DNA from: Bacilli bacterium
GTDB taxonomy: Bacteria; Bacillota_I; Bacilli_A; RF39; UBA660
Assembly (NCBI GenBank): GCA_017964405.1
Contig: JAGCSA010000042.1
Coordinates: 1,738 to 65,737 of the forward strand
DNA: 64,000 bases
Reading direction: 5' to 3'
The notes under the pieces are model-generated. The model was not told where the DNA came from and did no database searches. It was given only the letters and a program-made list of their open reading frames with translations. The first letter of the stretch is position 1; each line of letters opens with the position of its first letter. The translations under genes were made by a program, and so were the position numbers. This document shows, piece by piece, positions 21,248 through 31,597 of the stretch.

Positions 21248-23131
21248 TTATTTGATGACTAGATTAATCTTATGTTCTTTCTTATCGTTCTTTAACGTGA
21301 TATCTCCTGAAACATTCTTTCCATCTAGTTTTAGATCTTCTTTCTTACCTTTCTTGACATCGATATCATAAATGGTATCCATATAACGATATTTCATCTT
21401 AAATCCATCCCAAGCAACTGGAATTCTTGGATCTAATTTCAATTTATCTCCCATCTTATGAACACCTAAGATATCTTGTGTTCCGACACGATAGAACCAA
21501 CCAGCAGAACCGGTATACCAAGTCCATCCTCCTCTTCCTGGGAAGAATTCAGAAGAATAGATATCTGCCGCAATGACATATGGTTCTACACGATATTGTT
21601 CTACGTCTTTTCTTTCCTTTGTACGATTAACCGGATTAATCATTTGGAAATAACGATAAGCTCTATCATGGTATCCTGCCTTGATTAATGACATCAAGTA
21701 CCAAGATACACCATGAGTATATTGTCCACCATTTTCACGAATTCCTTTCGAATAATTCATAATATAACCTGGATTATTCAAAGTCTTTTCAAATGGAGGT
21801 GTTAATAAGTAAATAATCTTATTCTTATCATCGACTAATGTTTCTTCTACAGATCGAATGGCAGATTCTGCTCTCTCTTTTGGAGCAACACCACTGATGA
21901 TGGCAAAACTTTGGGAGATTAAGTCAATCTTACATTCTGTATTTTCATGACTTCCTAGTTTATCTCCATTATCGAAGAATGCACGTAGATAATAATCTCC
22001 ATCCCATGTCTTCTTATTCAAACTATCTTTTAACTTATTGTTGAATTCATTGTATTTTGTAATATCCATCTTTGGATCATATTTCTTTAGGATCTTTGTA
22101 AATTGACTAATCGTTGTATATAGGAAGAATCCTAACCAAACACTTTCTCCTTTTCCTTTGATTCCGACACGATTCATTCCATCGTTCCAGTCTCCTCCAC
22201 CCATTAATGGAATCTTATGACGTCCTAAAGACTTCATCGATAATTCAAGGGCTTTCATACAGTGTTCTAATAAAGATTCTGTCTTATCGGTATAACTAAA
22301 GACAATTCCTTTTTCATTTTCATAGTCACTTAACTCTTCTCCTAAGACATATGGTACTTGAATATCTAAAATACCATAATCATCGGATGTTTCAATATAG
22401 TAAGAGGTTGCATATACCAACCATAAATAATCATCTTTGTATCTACTTCTTAATCCAAAATGATTCTTTTCATGCCACCAGTGAAGAACATCTCCTTGTT
22501 CAAATTGATGAGCAGCATTCTTTAAGATTTGATCTTTTGTATAAGCTGGATTGACAGAAGAAATATTCATGGCATCTTGTAACTGGTCACGATAACCAAA
22601 GGCTCCACTTACCTGATAGAATCCTGCTTTAGCCATAATTCTGGCAGATAATGTTTGATATAGGTACCAACCATTCATCATGTAATCAAAGCTCTTATCT
22701 GGAGAAGTTACCTGGATCACTCCTAGTGTTTGTTCCCAATAGTCTTTGACATTCTTTAATTCTTTTCTTGCATTTTGAAGATTCGTATATTTTTGAATTA
22801 ATGCTTTGTTTTGAGAATCACTCATACTACATCCAAGTACAAATACTAAATTCTTTTCTTCATTTGCTTTCATTTCTAAATCAAAGGAAATATCTTTGAT
22901 TAACATCTTGTCACAAGTAGCAGATGCAATTGGTTCTGATGCAGACATAAATACGTTGACATCTCCAAAGTTAATACTGTAAACATTTCTCATTTTTAGG
23001 TAATTATCGTCTCCCATAAACTCTGTTAGGATATGACGAGTGGTTTTATCTTCAAAATTACCTAATGCTGGATTTACCCAGAAATTAATATTCGTTGTCT
23101 TTTGCTTGTTCGTCTTGTTCTTTAATCGCAT
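21248..23131 (-). CDS. GH94 (cellobiose/chitobiose-phosphorylase-type) catalytic portion; same frame as the upstream ORF, separated by a single TAA
   Basis: 627 aa. YRDQLQD and GGGDWNDG motifs. Its ATG is one codon after the TAA at 23135-23137. Confidence 0.75.
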   Translation of the reverse strand: MRLKNKTNKQKTTNINFWVNPALGNFEDKTTRHILTEFMGDDNYLKMRNVYSINFGDVNVFMSASEPIASATCDKMLIKDISFDLEMKANEEKNLVFVLGCSMSDSQNKALIQKYTNLQNARKELKNVKDYWEQTLGVIQVTSPDKSFDYMMNGWYLYQTLSARIMAKAGFYQVSGAFGYRDQLQDAMNISSVNPAYTKDQILKNAAHQFEQGDVLHWWHEKNHFGLRSRYKDDYLWLVYATSYYIETSDDYGILDIQVPYVLGEELSDYENEKGIVFSYTDKTESLLEHCMKALELSMKSLGRHKIPLMGGGDWNDGMNRVGIKGKGESVWLGFFLYTTISQFTKILKKYDPKMDITKYNEFNNKLKDSLNKKTWDGDYYLRAFFDNGDKLGSHENTECKIDLISQSFAIISGVAPKERAESAIRSVEETLVDDKNKIIYLLTPPFEKTLNNPGYIMNYSKGIRENGGQYTHGVSWYLMSLIKAGYHDRAYRYFQMINPVNRTKERKDVEQYRVEPYVIAADIYSSEFFPGRGGWTWYTGSAGWFYRVGTQDILGVHKMGDKLKLDPRIPVAWDGFKMKYRYMDTIYDIDVKKGKKEDLKLDGKNVSGDITLKNDKKEHKINLVIK

Positions 23132-23134
23132 GAT

Positions 23135-26100
23135 TTAGATTTTTACATTATCTTCTTGAGCAACAAACTCTGTAATCTCATGGGCTAATTCTTTGGTTTC
23201 ACTCTCTAGAATAGAGTATCCAAATCCATGAGTACATTTTTCTGGTTCAAAGATTTCATTATCAAACTTGAATCCTTCTGATTTGTCATTTAATACCATA
23301 TCATTGGTCCAAGCAGTAATCTTATATTCTCCTGAGTTAAATGCATACGTATAACCACATCCATTATTGGTAATAACGGTACCAAAAGTAGGATTTGCAA
23401 TGACATTGGTCCATGGAGTTGGAGTATTTTTATTATAAATAACGTATTCTTTTCCATTATTTTTGAATCCACCAAATCCATTATCAAATGTTAATTTTTC
23501 TTTGTTTTCGATTGGAAGAGTCTCTTCTAATTTTGCTTCTTGATACTCTCCTACTCTATTTTCTTTCTGTAGTTTTGTAACAGCATCTTTTAGACTCATA
23601 TGATCATCAATATTGAAACTAATTCTTGGAACCATATCTAATAGACTTCTATCTTCTGGTGTAATGTTACTACTACTAATAACAGTAACAGAACCAGGTG
23701 TATGATAGAAACTATTCAATGTATAAATTCGATATAGTTCATCATCAATTTGTTTCTTGACTAATTTTTGAGATTGACCCGTTTCACTATTAATAATGAT
23801 TAAATCAATAAAGATGGATTTACTCTTATAGTATTCAAATGCTTTTAAGATTTCATAGATAAAGCTCATATCACTAATATTCTTAATTTCTACTGTGATA
23901 ATTGGGCGATCTCCACTGACTCCAAATTTCCATAATCCGGATTGTCCCAAAGCATTCTTTCGTAAGAGATTCATTCTCTTTTCTCCTACGACTAATTTTG
24001 TTGTTTGATACAAGTAATTAATCATAATATTATAGGTTCTCATATTCTCTCCTGTAATATTTAAATTCTTTGTATCAATTACATTCATAAGAGTAGAAAT
24101 CTTAAATTCTCTATCTAATACATTTTTCGAATCATAGTATTTTGCAATATCTTTTACTTGCTCTACACTTCTACCAAATCCTACTAAGATATAAACGACC
24201 ACTTTTTCATTGGCTGGTAAATTAATCTTATTTCTTAGCGATAATACTGGATCTAGATTATCACCTGCATAATTACTTAGTTTTTGATGATGAGCAAGAG
24301 CATTATTTAAATTTAGATTTCTTCCAATGAAACGATCTCTTTCTGTTTCATAGGTATAGTCTTCTAATGGTTCATTGATGATTAATCTTGTCAACATATA
24401 GTTATTGACGTTAGAGTCTCCACGATTCTTTCTCTTCGCAATCAAACTATTTAGTTTTTTATCATACTCTGTATGAATAAACATATTATTGAAAACTCTA
24501 TGAGATACATCATCCATATTTTCCGATAGAATTGGCTCTGTATACGTTGTCAATTCTAATACTTTGTCTTCATTGGATTCATTGACAAAGGAAATCTTTC
24601 TGATTTCTGCATGATGAGATTTACATACAACAATTTCTGTTTTCGTTGTAATGTCTTTATCTCTTCTCATATATTTAATTTTATCGGCTGCAAATACAAT
24701 CTCATATTTCTCTGGCTTAACATTCATCGGTGCATAGGTATTAGACCAGATATCATTCGTTTTTGTATCTTTTGCGAATAAGAACATACCATAATCTTGT
24801 TCTGTTACTTTTCGATAACGGTTTAATTGCGTTGTACGATATCTAGAGAATCCATCTCCTCGATCATTCATAATCAAGGAATATTTCTTATTCGATAATA
24901 CAGACATTTCTGGTAAATATGAAATATGATCAAAGTAACGAATATCATTTTCAATTGTTTCTTTCGTATAGTTATATTTCTTATAACCAGCCATCTTTAA
25001 GTCAATACTTGCTTTGATTTGAACTTTTTCTTTTAATAATAATTCAAATGTCTTGATATTGATGTTGGAATGGAAATAGTCTCGAATAACTCCTTGTTTT
25101 AAGTAGTTGGTAATTCCTAATAAACTCATACCTTCATGGTGAGCAAAATAACATTTAACGACTCCTTTATTATCATAGTCATACGATTCATATAATCCAT
25201 ATTCTGCATACATATCTAAATCTTTGAAACGATTGATATTTGTATAAACATCATTTGGATATAAATCCATTACCATTAAAGAAGAATATGGGGATAATAC
25301 AATTCGATTATCTTTATCTTCTTTTGCTTTTAAATAAGGAGTTGAGAATGCTTTATACTTATAATTTAGGGAATTATCTAATTCATTATAAGCAGACTCT
25401 GAAATACCCCAAGGTAATTTATGAGATACTTTCCAAATATAATCTTTTTGACACATGGTTGCGAAATTATAAGATTCATCTAATAACGTATTTGGATAAT
25501 TCTTCATAAATAGATATGGCATGTAGTATTCAAATGCCGTACCACTCCAAGAGATTAGTCCTTTTCTACCTTTATGAGTTGTTAGAGACTTATCTAGGCT
25601 AAACCAGTGTTTCGAAGGTGCTTCTCCTAAACAAATTGCTAGATAACTAGTTAGACGAGATTCACTGGCAAATTTGTTATAGTTATATCCAGATAATTTT
25701 CCTTCATCTTCATCATAACCAATACTAAATACATTTCTCTTGGTATATAGTTTCTTAAAGTTTGTGTTTTTAATTAACTTATCGCATAGTTTGACATATT
25801 CGTCACAACCTACTTTATTTAAGAATTCTCTTGCAACAATGTAGCTTGCTACTAAGTTACCAGAATCTACCGTTGAAATAAAGCTTGGATTGATAATCGC
25901 CATAGTTTCGATATTATACCAGTTATATAAATGACCATGCCATTTTTCTAGTTCATCTATGGAATTTAGAATTTTTCCTAATAAATCAATTGCTTTTTCT
26001 TTGTCAATAAACTCTAATTCATAAGCAGATACAACGGATGTTAAAGAGAAACCAATGGCAGTAGGAGATGTTCTATAATCCATCTTTTCTTCTCTATTTT

Positions 26101-28879
26101 CTTGATAATTATCTGGTATTAGATAATGATTCTCTTCTGTTAAATTATCTTCAAAATACTTCCATGTTCTGTAAGCTAATTCTTTGATTTCATCAATTTC
26201 TTTCTCTTTTAATTCAATTGGATGATGATTGATATCTTTACTAACTGCATATAGAACAAAAGGAGCACTGATAAATACAAAGGCAACCAGATAAGCAGCT
26301 ATATTTTTAGTAAAAATACCAATGATGATAAAGAGAACGGCTGTGAAAAGATTAAATGCAAAGTTTCGAATATAGTTTAGAAGACTTCCATTAACTGTCT
26401 TTTCTACTTCTTCTGCTGTGATCCAATTTAATAGATTCTTGTGACTATAGAACAAACGATATAGGGTTCTGAAGAATGCATCCATATATAGTTTGGAATA
26501 GAATGGAATCGTTGCAAATCCGATATAGGATCTTAATAAAATGGATTTAGCACCAAAATATAAATTCTTGTAATAAATACTCTTCTTATGTCTTTCTTTG
26601 ATAGTCATCTTGCTTCGTAAGAAGAAGATAATAGAAATGGTTAATTCCAATACTACTAATCCAACCCAACAGTAAGAGCTAACTCCTTCAAAGGTAAATG
26701 CTAAGAAAAGAATCAATAATAGCATTGGATTTAGGAACATACGAATAATATTATCTAGTATTTTATATTTTCCTAATAGATTGATTGGGTTATCTTGTTT
26801 GTCTACTTTCTTTCCTGGTACTTTGTTCTTTAACCATCCAATAATTTGGGTATCTCCTCTAGCCCATCTATGATGTCTCGTAATATCGGTTAAGAATTTA
26901 GAAGGGAAATCATCAATTAATTCAATATCGGATACATATCCACAACGTAAATAGTTTCCTTCTAGTAAATCGTGAGATAGAATCAAATTATCTGGGAAAG
27001 TATCCCCTACTACTTTATTGAATACTTCTAGGTTATAGATCCCTTTTCCAACGAAACTACCTTCTCCAAAGGAATCTTGGTAAACATTTGGAACAACTGC
27101 TGAATAAGTATCAAATCCACCAATTCCTGCAAAAATTTGACTATATAAACTCTTGTTGGTTGCTTCAATATCTACCCCTACTCTTGGTTGCATGAGACCA
27201 TATCCTCGAATGACTTTGGTTCCTTTGTTATTCAAAACCGGTTGATTCATTGGATGAGCCATAGCTCCTACTAAGTTTAGAGCAGAGTTTAATACTAATT
27301 TCGTATCGGTATCTAATGTAATAACATATTTAATCTTCAACTTATTATCATGTAACATATTGACATTGAAGTATTTATCTTCGTCAACAGGTTCTCCTAA
27401 TAAGATCTTATTAAAATGAATTAAAGCTCCTCTTTTTCTTTCATATCCTAGATAACTGTCTTCTTTATTATTCCAAATACGTTTACGATAAATGAAATAG
27501 AAGATATCTTTCTTATATTTTTGATTTAATTTTTCTGCATATTCTTTACCAAAAGATGCTACTTCTTCGTCATAATCGGTTACTTTTTCATTTGCTGCTT
27601 TTACATCTCCTAGTAATGTAAAATACAAATTATCTGTTTTGTTTACTAAATAGAAAGATTCTAGAATATCAAACATATTCTTAATTTTATCTTTGGATGC
27701 TACAATGGTTGGAATAACGACCATCGTTTTAGATTCTTCTGGGATTCCTTTTGAATAGTCTAATTTTGGTAATACTCTCGTTGGAACAATCCAAGTTAAG
27801 AATTGATTTAAGATTTGTACTACTAACTGACTAATAGGAATAAATAGAATCAAGAATCCTAACACTCTTGGTTTGATAAAGAACTGTGCTAATAGAATAC
27901 AAATAATACTTGTTAATACAACAATACTTGAGATATAAACAACTACTTTCGAAGTATTGTTCTTTGTTTTAAATAATTGGAATCCAATATGTTCTTCTGG
28001 TGTATAGATCTTCTCTAGATAGCTATATTCATCCATATGAGCTTTCTTGGCAAGCTTCAATAATTGTTTTCGATAAGAGATCTTTGACTCAATGGTCATA
28101 TTCTTGTAGTTTGGATCCGTCATTAATAATTTTTCTGTCTTCGATACTTTCTCAAATAACTCTTCATCTGAGAATTCTAAGAATTCATTAAAATCATTAA
28201 AGATATTTGAAATCAAAACATTACTATTAATCTTATTCTGGAATTCTTCATTAATGACATCTCTCAAACTTATTTGATTTTCTTTTAAATATTCATTCAA
28301 TTGTTTGAAGATATCATTTCGATTCTTTAAACGATATAATTGATTATTAATTTCAAAGATATAGTGTCCATTGTTTTTTAAATCAAAGTTTTCTTGAATA
28401 AAGGATTGTAGTGTTAGATTTTCTTGTTTCTTAATAATATTATTGATATCTTCTTTATCCACTAACTTTGCATATTCTTCTCTACATAGATTATTTAATC
28501 TCTCGGTATAAATAAAAATCAAAGTAGGAATGATAGACTGTAATTCTTGATACGTAAAAATCTTTTTGGATTCTTTTTGATAATCTTTTAACTCTTCTAC
28601 CAAGAATTTGAAATTAATATTATAATTCTTCTTACTTACAATATTCTTTAAGATTGGATAATTACGATTAATTGCTTTTATATTTTTCTTTACTTGTTTC
28701 ATTGAATTCGTAATTGTATTCTTATGTTCTGCCAAAATATAATAGTTATCAATTAACCATTCATTGGTTATATCTACATACTCATGATTCTTTGTTTTAT
28801 TGACTAAGAAGTTATAGTATTCCGTAATATCTCCAAAATTATTTAAATAATTTTTAATCAATTTTGCCATATCATACAC
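23135..28879 (-). CDS. cyclic beta-1,2-glucan synthase-like multidomain protein (TM regions + GT84-type glycosyltransferase + alpha/alpha-6 cyclase-like domain + start of GH94)
   Basis: 1914 aa. VITLDTDT and ITRHHRWARGD glycosyltransferase motifs, several TM blocks, a middle glucoamylase-like region, and a C-terminus that continues into the GH94 beta-sandwich. Confidence 0.7.
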   Translation of the reverse strand: MYDMAKLIKNYLNNFGDITEYYNFLVNKTKNHEYVDITNEWLIDNYYILAEHKNTITNSMKQVKKNIKAINRNYPILKNIVSKKNYNINFKFLVEELKDYQKESKKIFTYQELQSIIPTLIFIYTERLNNLCREEYAKLVDKEDINNIIKKQENLTLQSFIQENFDLKNNGHYIFEINNQLYRLKNRNDIFKQLNEYLKENQISLRDVINEEFQNKINSNVLISNIFNDFNEFLEFSDEELFEKVSKTEKLLMTDPNYKNMTIESKISYRKQLLKLAKKAHMDEYSYLEKIYTPEEHIGFQLFKTKNNTSKVVVYISSIVVLTSIICILLAQFFIKPRVLGFLILFIPISQLVVQILNQFLTWIVPTRVLPKLDYSKGIPEESKTMVVIPTIVASKDKIKNMFDILESFYLVNKTDNLYFTLLGDVKAANEKVTDYDEEVASFGKEYAEKLNQKYKKDIFYFIYRKRIWNNKEDSYLGYERKRGALIHFNKILLGEPVDEDKYFNVNMLHDNKLKIKYVITLDTDTKLVLNSALNLVGAMAHPMNQPVLNNKGTKVIRGYGLMQPRVGVDIEATNKSLYSQIFAGIGGFDTYSAVVPNVYQDSFGEGSFVGKGIYNLEVFNKVVGDTFPDNLILSHDLLEGNYLRCGYVSDIELIDDFPSKFLTDITRHHRWARGDTQIIGWLKNKVPGKKVDKQDNPINLLGKYKILDNIIRMFLNPMLLLILFLAFTFEGVSSYCWVGLVVLELTISIIFFLRSKMTIKERHKKSIYYKNLYFGAKSILLRSYIGFATIPFYSKLYMDAFFRTLYRLFYSHKNLLNWITAEEVEKTVNGSLLNYIRNFAFNLFTAVLFIIIGIFTKNIAAYLVAFVFISAPFVLYAVSKDINHHPIELKEKEIDEIKELAYRTWKYFEDNLTEENHYLIPDNYQENREEKMDYRTSPTAIGFSLTSVVSAYELEFIDKEKAIDLLGKILNSIDELEKWHGHLYNWYNIETMAIINPSFISTVDSGNLVASYIVAREFLNKVGCDEYVKLCDKLIKNTNFKKLYTKRNVFSIGYDEDEGKLSGYNYNKFASESRLTSYLAICLGEAPSKHWFSLDKSLTTHKGRKGLISWSGTAFEYYMPYLFMKNYPNTLLDESYNFATMCQKDYIWKVSHKLPWGISESAYNELDNSLNYKYKAFSTPYLKAKEDKDNRIVLSPYSSLMVMDLYPNDVYTNINRFKDLDMYAEYGLYESYDYDNKGVVKCYFAHHEGMSLLGITNYLKQGVIRDYFHSNINIKTFELLLKEKVQIKASIDLKMAGYKKYNYTKETIENDIRYFDHISYLPEMSVLSNKKYSLIMNDRGDGFSRYRTTQLNRYRKVTEQDYGMFLFAKDTKTNDIWSNTYAPMNVKPEKYEIVFAADKIKYMRRDKDITTKTEIVVCKSHHAEIRKISFVNESNEDKVLELTTYTEPILSENMDDVSHRVFNNMFIHTEYDKKLNSLIAKRKNRGDSNVNNYMLTRLIINEPLEDYTYETERDRFIGRNLNLNNALAHHQKLSNYAGDNLDPVLSLRNKINLPANEKVVVYILVGFGRSVEQVKDIAKYYDSKNVLDREFKISTLMNVIDTKNLNITGENMRTYNIMINYLYQTTKLVVGEKRMNLLRKNALGQSGLWKFGVSGDRPIITVEIKNISDMSFIYEILKAFEYYKSKSIFIDLIIINSETGQSQKLVKKQIDDELYRIYTLNSFYHTPGSVTVISSSNITPEDRSLLDMVPRISFNIDDHMSLKDAVTKLQKENRVGEYQEAKLEETLPIENKEKLTFDNGFGGFKNNGKEYVIYNKNTPTPWTNVIANPTFGTVITNNGCGYTYAFNSGEYKITAWTNDMVLNDKSEGFKFDNEIFEPEKCTHGFGYSILESETKELAHEITEFVAQEDNVKI

Positions 28880-28973
28880 TCCTGACTAAATTATAACATA
28901 CTTTTCTTTTAGATTCTATTCTATTTTTGCATAAAAAAACCCGAGCTTTTTCACCCGAGTTACTCTTTTTAAA

Positions 28974-29065
28974 TGGCGGAGTAGGAGAGATTTGAACTCT
29001 CGCATCAGTATTCCCGATCTACACCCTTAGCAGGGGCGCCTCTTCAGCCTCTTGAGTACTACTCC
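28974..29065 (-). tRNA. tRNA-Ser (anticodon GCT), encoded CCA
   Basis: Hand fold: acceptor GGAGTAG/CTACTCC, anticodon loop CT-GCT-AA, long variable arm. Confidence 0.9.
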
Positions 29066-29132
29066 AACTCAAATTGCGTCCGTATCTATATTATTGCATT
29101 TTAAGGCTTAAAAGTCAACAAAAAAAGAAGAT

Positions 29133-29411
29133 TTATTGCTCTTCTGTTTTTTTCATATTTTCAATAAAAGTTTCTAAATTTGACTCTTGTTGGTGGAAGG
29201 TTTCTACGATAGCTGGGAAGTCTTCTCGAAGATTTTCCCACTTCTCTTTCCATAGTTTTGCTGAATCAGAATCCCATACTCCATTTCCAGTATTAATATT
29301 TTCTTTTACTAAGATATCTGCGTTCTGAAAACTTTTTTCCACTTTTTCTGTTAATTCTTTGATTTTCGCAAGTGATTTTGATAATTCTACCATTTGTAAA
29401 TTCTCTATCAT
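29133..29411 (-). CDS. small helical-hairpin protein, WXG100-like
   Basis: 92 aa, all-helical and charged, with a central GVWDSDSA turn. RBS GGGGGAG. Confidence 0.35.
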   Translation of the reverse strand: MIENLQMVELSKSLAKIKELTEKVEKSFQNADILVKENINTGNGVWDSDSAKLWKEKWENLREDFPAIVETFHQQESNLETFIENMKKTEEQ

Positions 29412-29423
29412 ACTCTACTCCCC

Positions 29424-29723
29424 CTACTCAAAATTATTCTCTGATTGGAGACTTGCTTCTTCTAGTCCCAATTTTTTAGCTTCTAGGGTGTCAATTAATT
29501 CTTTCATCATGTTTTCTACTGTATTTAGTTTTTCTTTCTTTTCATCGAATTTTCCTTTGAACTCATTGTAAAGAGATGCATTGGTCATTCCCCAAATCAT
29601 AGCTAGTCTTTGGATTTCCGTATTGAGGAAAAGAACGGATTCCCGATATTCTTGATAGTATTCTTTTAAGTTTTCTTCTACTTCTTGTAGTTTTTCTGTA
29701 TTAAATGCTAGATGATCATTCAT
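29424..29723 (-). CDS. small helical-hairpin protein, WXG100-like
   Basis: Start at MNDHLAF (RBS GGGAG), 99 aa, central MIWGMTNAS turn. Confidence 0.35.
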   Translation of the reverse strand: MNDHLAFNTEKLQEVEENLKEYYQEYRESVLFLNTEIQRLAMIWGMTNASLYNEFKGKFDEKKEKLNTVENMMKELIDTLEAKKLGLEEASLQSENNFE

Positions 29724-29750
29724 TTTATCACTCCCGTCATCATTATAGCA

Positions 29751-29775
29751 CAAAAAAACCGTTCATAGAACGGTA
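29751..29775 (-). terminator. terminator after the tRNA-Ile/Asn/Glu operon
   Basis: ACCGTTC-tat-GAACGGT followed by T7 on the minus strand. Confidence 0.75.
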
Positions 29776-29785
29776 CTTTTTCAAA

Positions 29786-29862
29786 TGGTGACGAGTACGG
29801 AATTCGAATCCGTGTATGCTGCCGTGAAAGGGCAGTGTGTTAAGCCGCTTCACCAACTCGCC
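29786..29862 (-). tRNA. tRNA-Glu (anticodon TTC)
   Basis: Hand fold: anticodon stem CTGCC/GGCAG, loop CT-TTC-AC, CCA encoded. Confidence 0.9.
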
Positions 29863-29871
29863 ATTTAAAAA

Positions 29872-29948
29872 TGGCGCCCCAACTAGGACTTGAACCTAGG
29901 ACCCCTTGATTAACAGTCAAGTGCTCTAACCAGCTGAGCTATTGAGGC
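29872..29948 (-). tRNA. tRNA-Asn (anticodon GTT)
   Basis: Hand fold: loop CT-GTT-AA between CTTGA/TCAAG, CCA encoded. Confidence 0.9.
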
Positions 29949-29955
29949 AAAAAAA

Positions 29956-30032
<77 letters not shown>

Positions 30033-30233
30033 GTACTAATTCGTACTTCTTAATTTTACTATAAAATCGTTTATTTTGCAACCAAAAAATCATTTTTTTT
30101 ACGGATTTCCGAATTGCAAATATAGAATACAATAAAAAAAGGAGGAAAGTCAAGTCTTTTTTTCGGGAAAAATCATCAAAAATACTTGTCATTTTCTTAT
30201 TTTTGTTATAAAATAAATATGCAATTTGGAAAT

Positions 30234-30309
30234 GGGATGTTAGCTCAGTTGGTAGAGCAACTGACTCTTAATCAGTGGGTCTAGGGTTCGAATCCCTAAC
30301 GTCCCACCA
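30234..30309 (+). tRNA. tRNA-Lys (anticodon CTT)
   Basis: Hand fold: loop CT-CTT-AA between ACTGA/TCAGT, CCA encoded. Confidence 0.9.
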
Positions 30310-30320
30310 TTTTTGTATAT

Positions 30321-30346
30321 AAGAAGAGATTTCTCTTCTTTTTTTG
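30321..30346 (+). terminator. terminator after tRNA-Lys
   Basis: AAGAAGAG-attt-CTCTTCTT followed by T5. Confidence 0.75.
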
Positions 30347-30364
30347 TTTAAAAAAAGAAAGCTA

Positions 30365-31594
30365 TTATGATAGCTTTCCTTTTGTTCCTTTCATTCCTTT
30401 TACTCCATTATTAGAAGCAAATCCTGCTAAGATATTCGTATCAAATGAATGGGTCTTACTGATTCTCTTCTTATAATCTTTGATTCCAATATTAATCATT
30501 TCATCTAATACTTTTGTAAAATCTAATCCTTTTGCTTCCCATAAGTAGAATGCTAAAGATCCTGGGATTGAATTAATTTCATTAATATATACTTTATTTG
30601 TCTTTTCATCGATTAAGAAATCGATTCTTGAGTTTCCTGCACTACCAAGTGCTTTGAAGGCTTTGATGGCAATGTCTTCAATCTCTTCTCTTGTCTTCTT
30701 ATCTAATTCTGCTGGTAGTTTACGATTTGTAGAAGCCATTCCTTTGGATTTGCCAACTTTGACTCCTCCTTTGATCTTTCCTTTTCCTCCTCCAATGTAT
30801 TTATCATTATAGGTTAGGAATTTATTACCAGAAAGAACTTCTTCAATTTCACTTACTTTTTGATGTTCATAGTTACCCATGACAGCAATATTTACTTCTT
30901 TTAGATTTTGAACAACTTCTTCTACAATAATCTTGGTATCATATTGAAGAGCTTCATCAATACTATCTTTTAACTCTTCTTCATTTTCACAGACACTAAT
31001 TCCCACAGAAGATCCTGTTGTTGCTGGCTTGACAATTAATGGGTATTTTAATTTTTTAATTTCTTTATAAACAGTTTCTGGTGCTTGACGATAATCTACA
31101 TCATAAAACCAAACATAATCTGTCATTGGTAAACCGATATGATTCCAAATATCTTTCATAACTGTCTTATCTTGTCCAGCTACTGCTCCATCGACATTTG
31201 GTCCTACAAATGGAATGCCAATCGTTTCTAAATATCCTTGTAAAACACCATCTTCTACATTCGTTCCATGTACAATTGGGAATGCTATATCAATTTCTTT
31301 TACCGTTCTTTTCAATAATCCTGTCTTCTTTTGTAAAATATAGCTTCCATCTTTGTAATATAAAACGACATTCGTTCCATATCTCTTAATTAAACTAAGA
31401 TCTTGATATACATCAATATCTTTTAACATATCTCCTGTATACCATTCTCTATCTTTTGTAATATAGATGGGAATAATCTCATACTTTTCCTCATCCATCT
31501 TATTCATGGCTTGAATCGCTGAAATAATACTAACTTCGTGTTCTACGGATTCTCCTCCAAAAATAACTCCTACTCTAATTTTCATTTTATCCAT
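30365..31594 (-). CDS. ddl: D-alanine--D-alanine ligase, long form with Gly/Lys-rich insert and tail
   Basis: 409 aa. IRVGVIFGGESVEHEVSIISA N-terminus, ATP-grasp core, EINSIPGS. The terminator hairpin GAAAGCTA/TAGCTTTC spans the stop codon. Confidence 0.85.
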   Translation of the reverse strand: MDKMKIRVGVIFGGESVEHEVSIISAIQAMNKMDEEKYEIIPIYITKDREWYTGDMLKDIDVYQDLSLIKRYGTNVVLYYKDGSYILQKKTGLLKRTVKEIDIAFPIVHGTNVEDGVLQGYLETIGIPFVGPNVDGAVAGQDKTVMKDIWNHIGLPMTDYVWFYDVDYRQAPETVYKEIKKLKYPLIVKPATTGSSVGISVCENEEELKDSIDEALQYDTKIIVEEVVQNLKEVNIAVMGNYEHQKVSEIEEVLSGNKFLTYNDKYIGGGKGKIKGGVKVGKSKGMASTNRKLPAELDKKTREEIEDIAIKAFKALGSAGNSRIDFLIDEKTNKVYINEINSIPGSLAFYLWEAKGLDFTKVLDEMINIGIKDYKKRISKTHSFDTNILAGFASNNGVKGMKGTKGKLS

Positions 31595-31597
31595 CTC

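Noticed and set aside
28936-28962. Direct repeat CTCGGG...CTCGGG after tRNA-Ser as an att-like repeat
   Set aside because: The hexamer can pair with its second copy through G-U wobbles, and a T-run follows on the minus strand. It is more simply read as the tRNA-Ser terminator.
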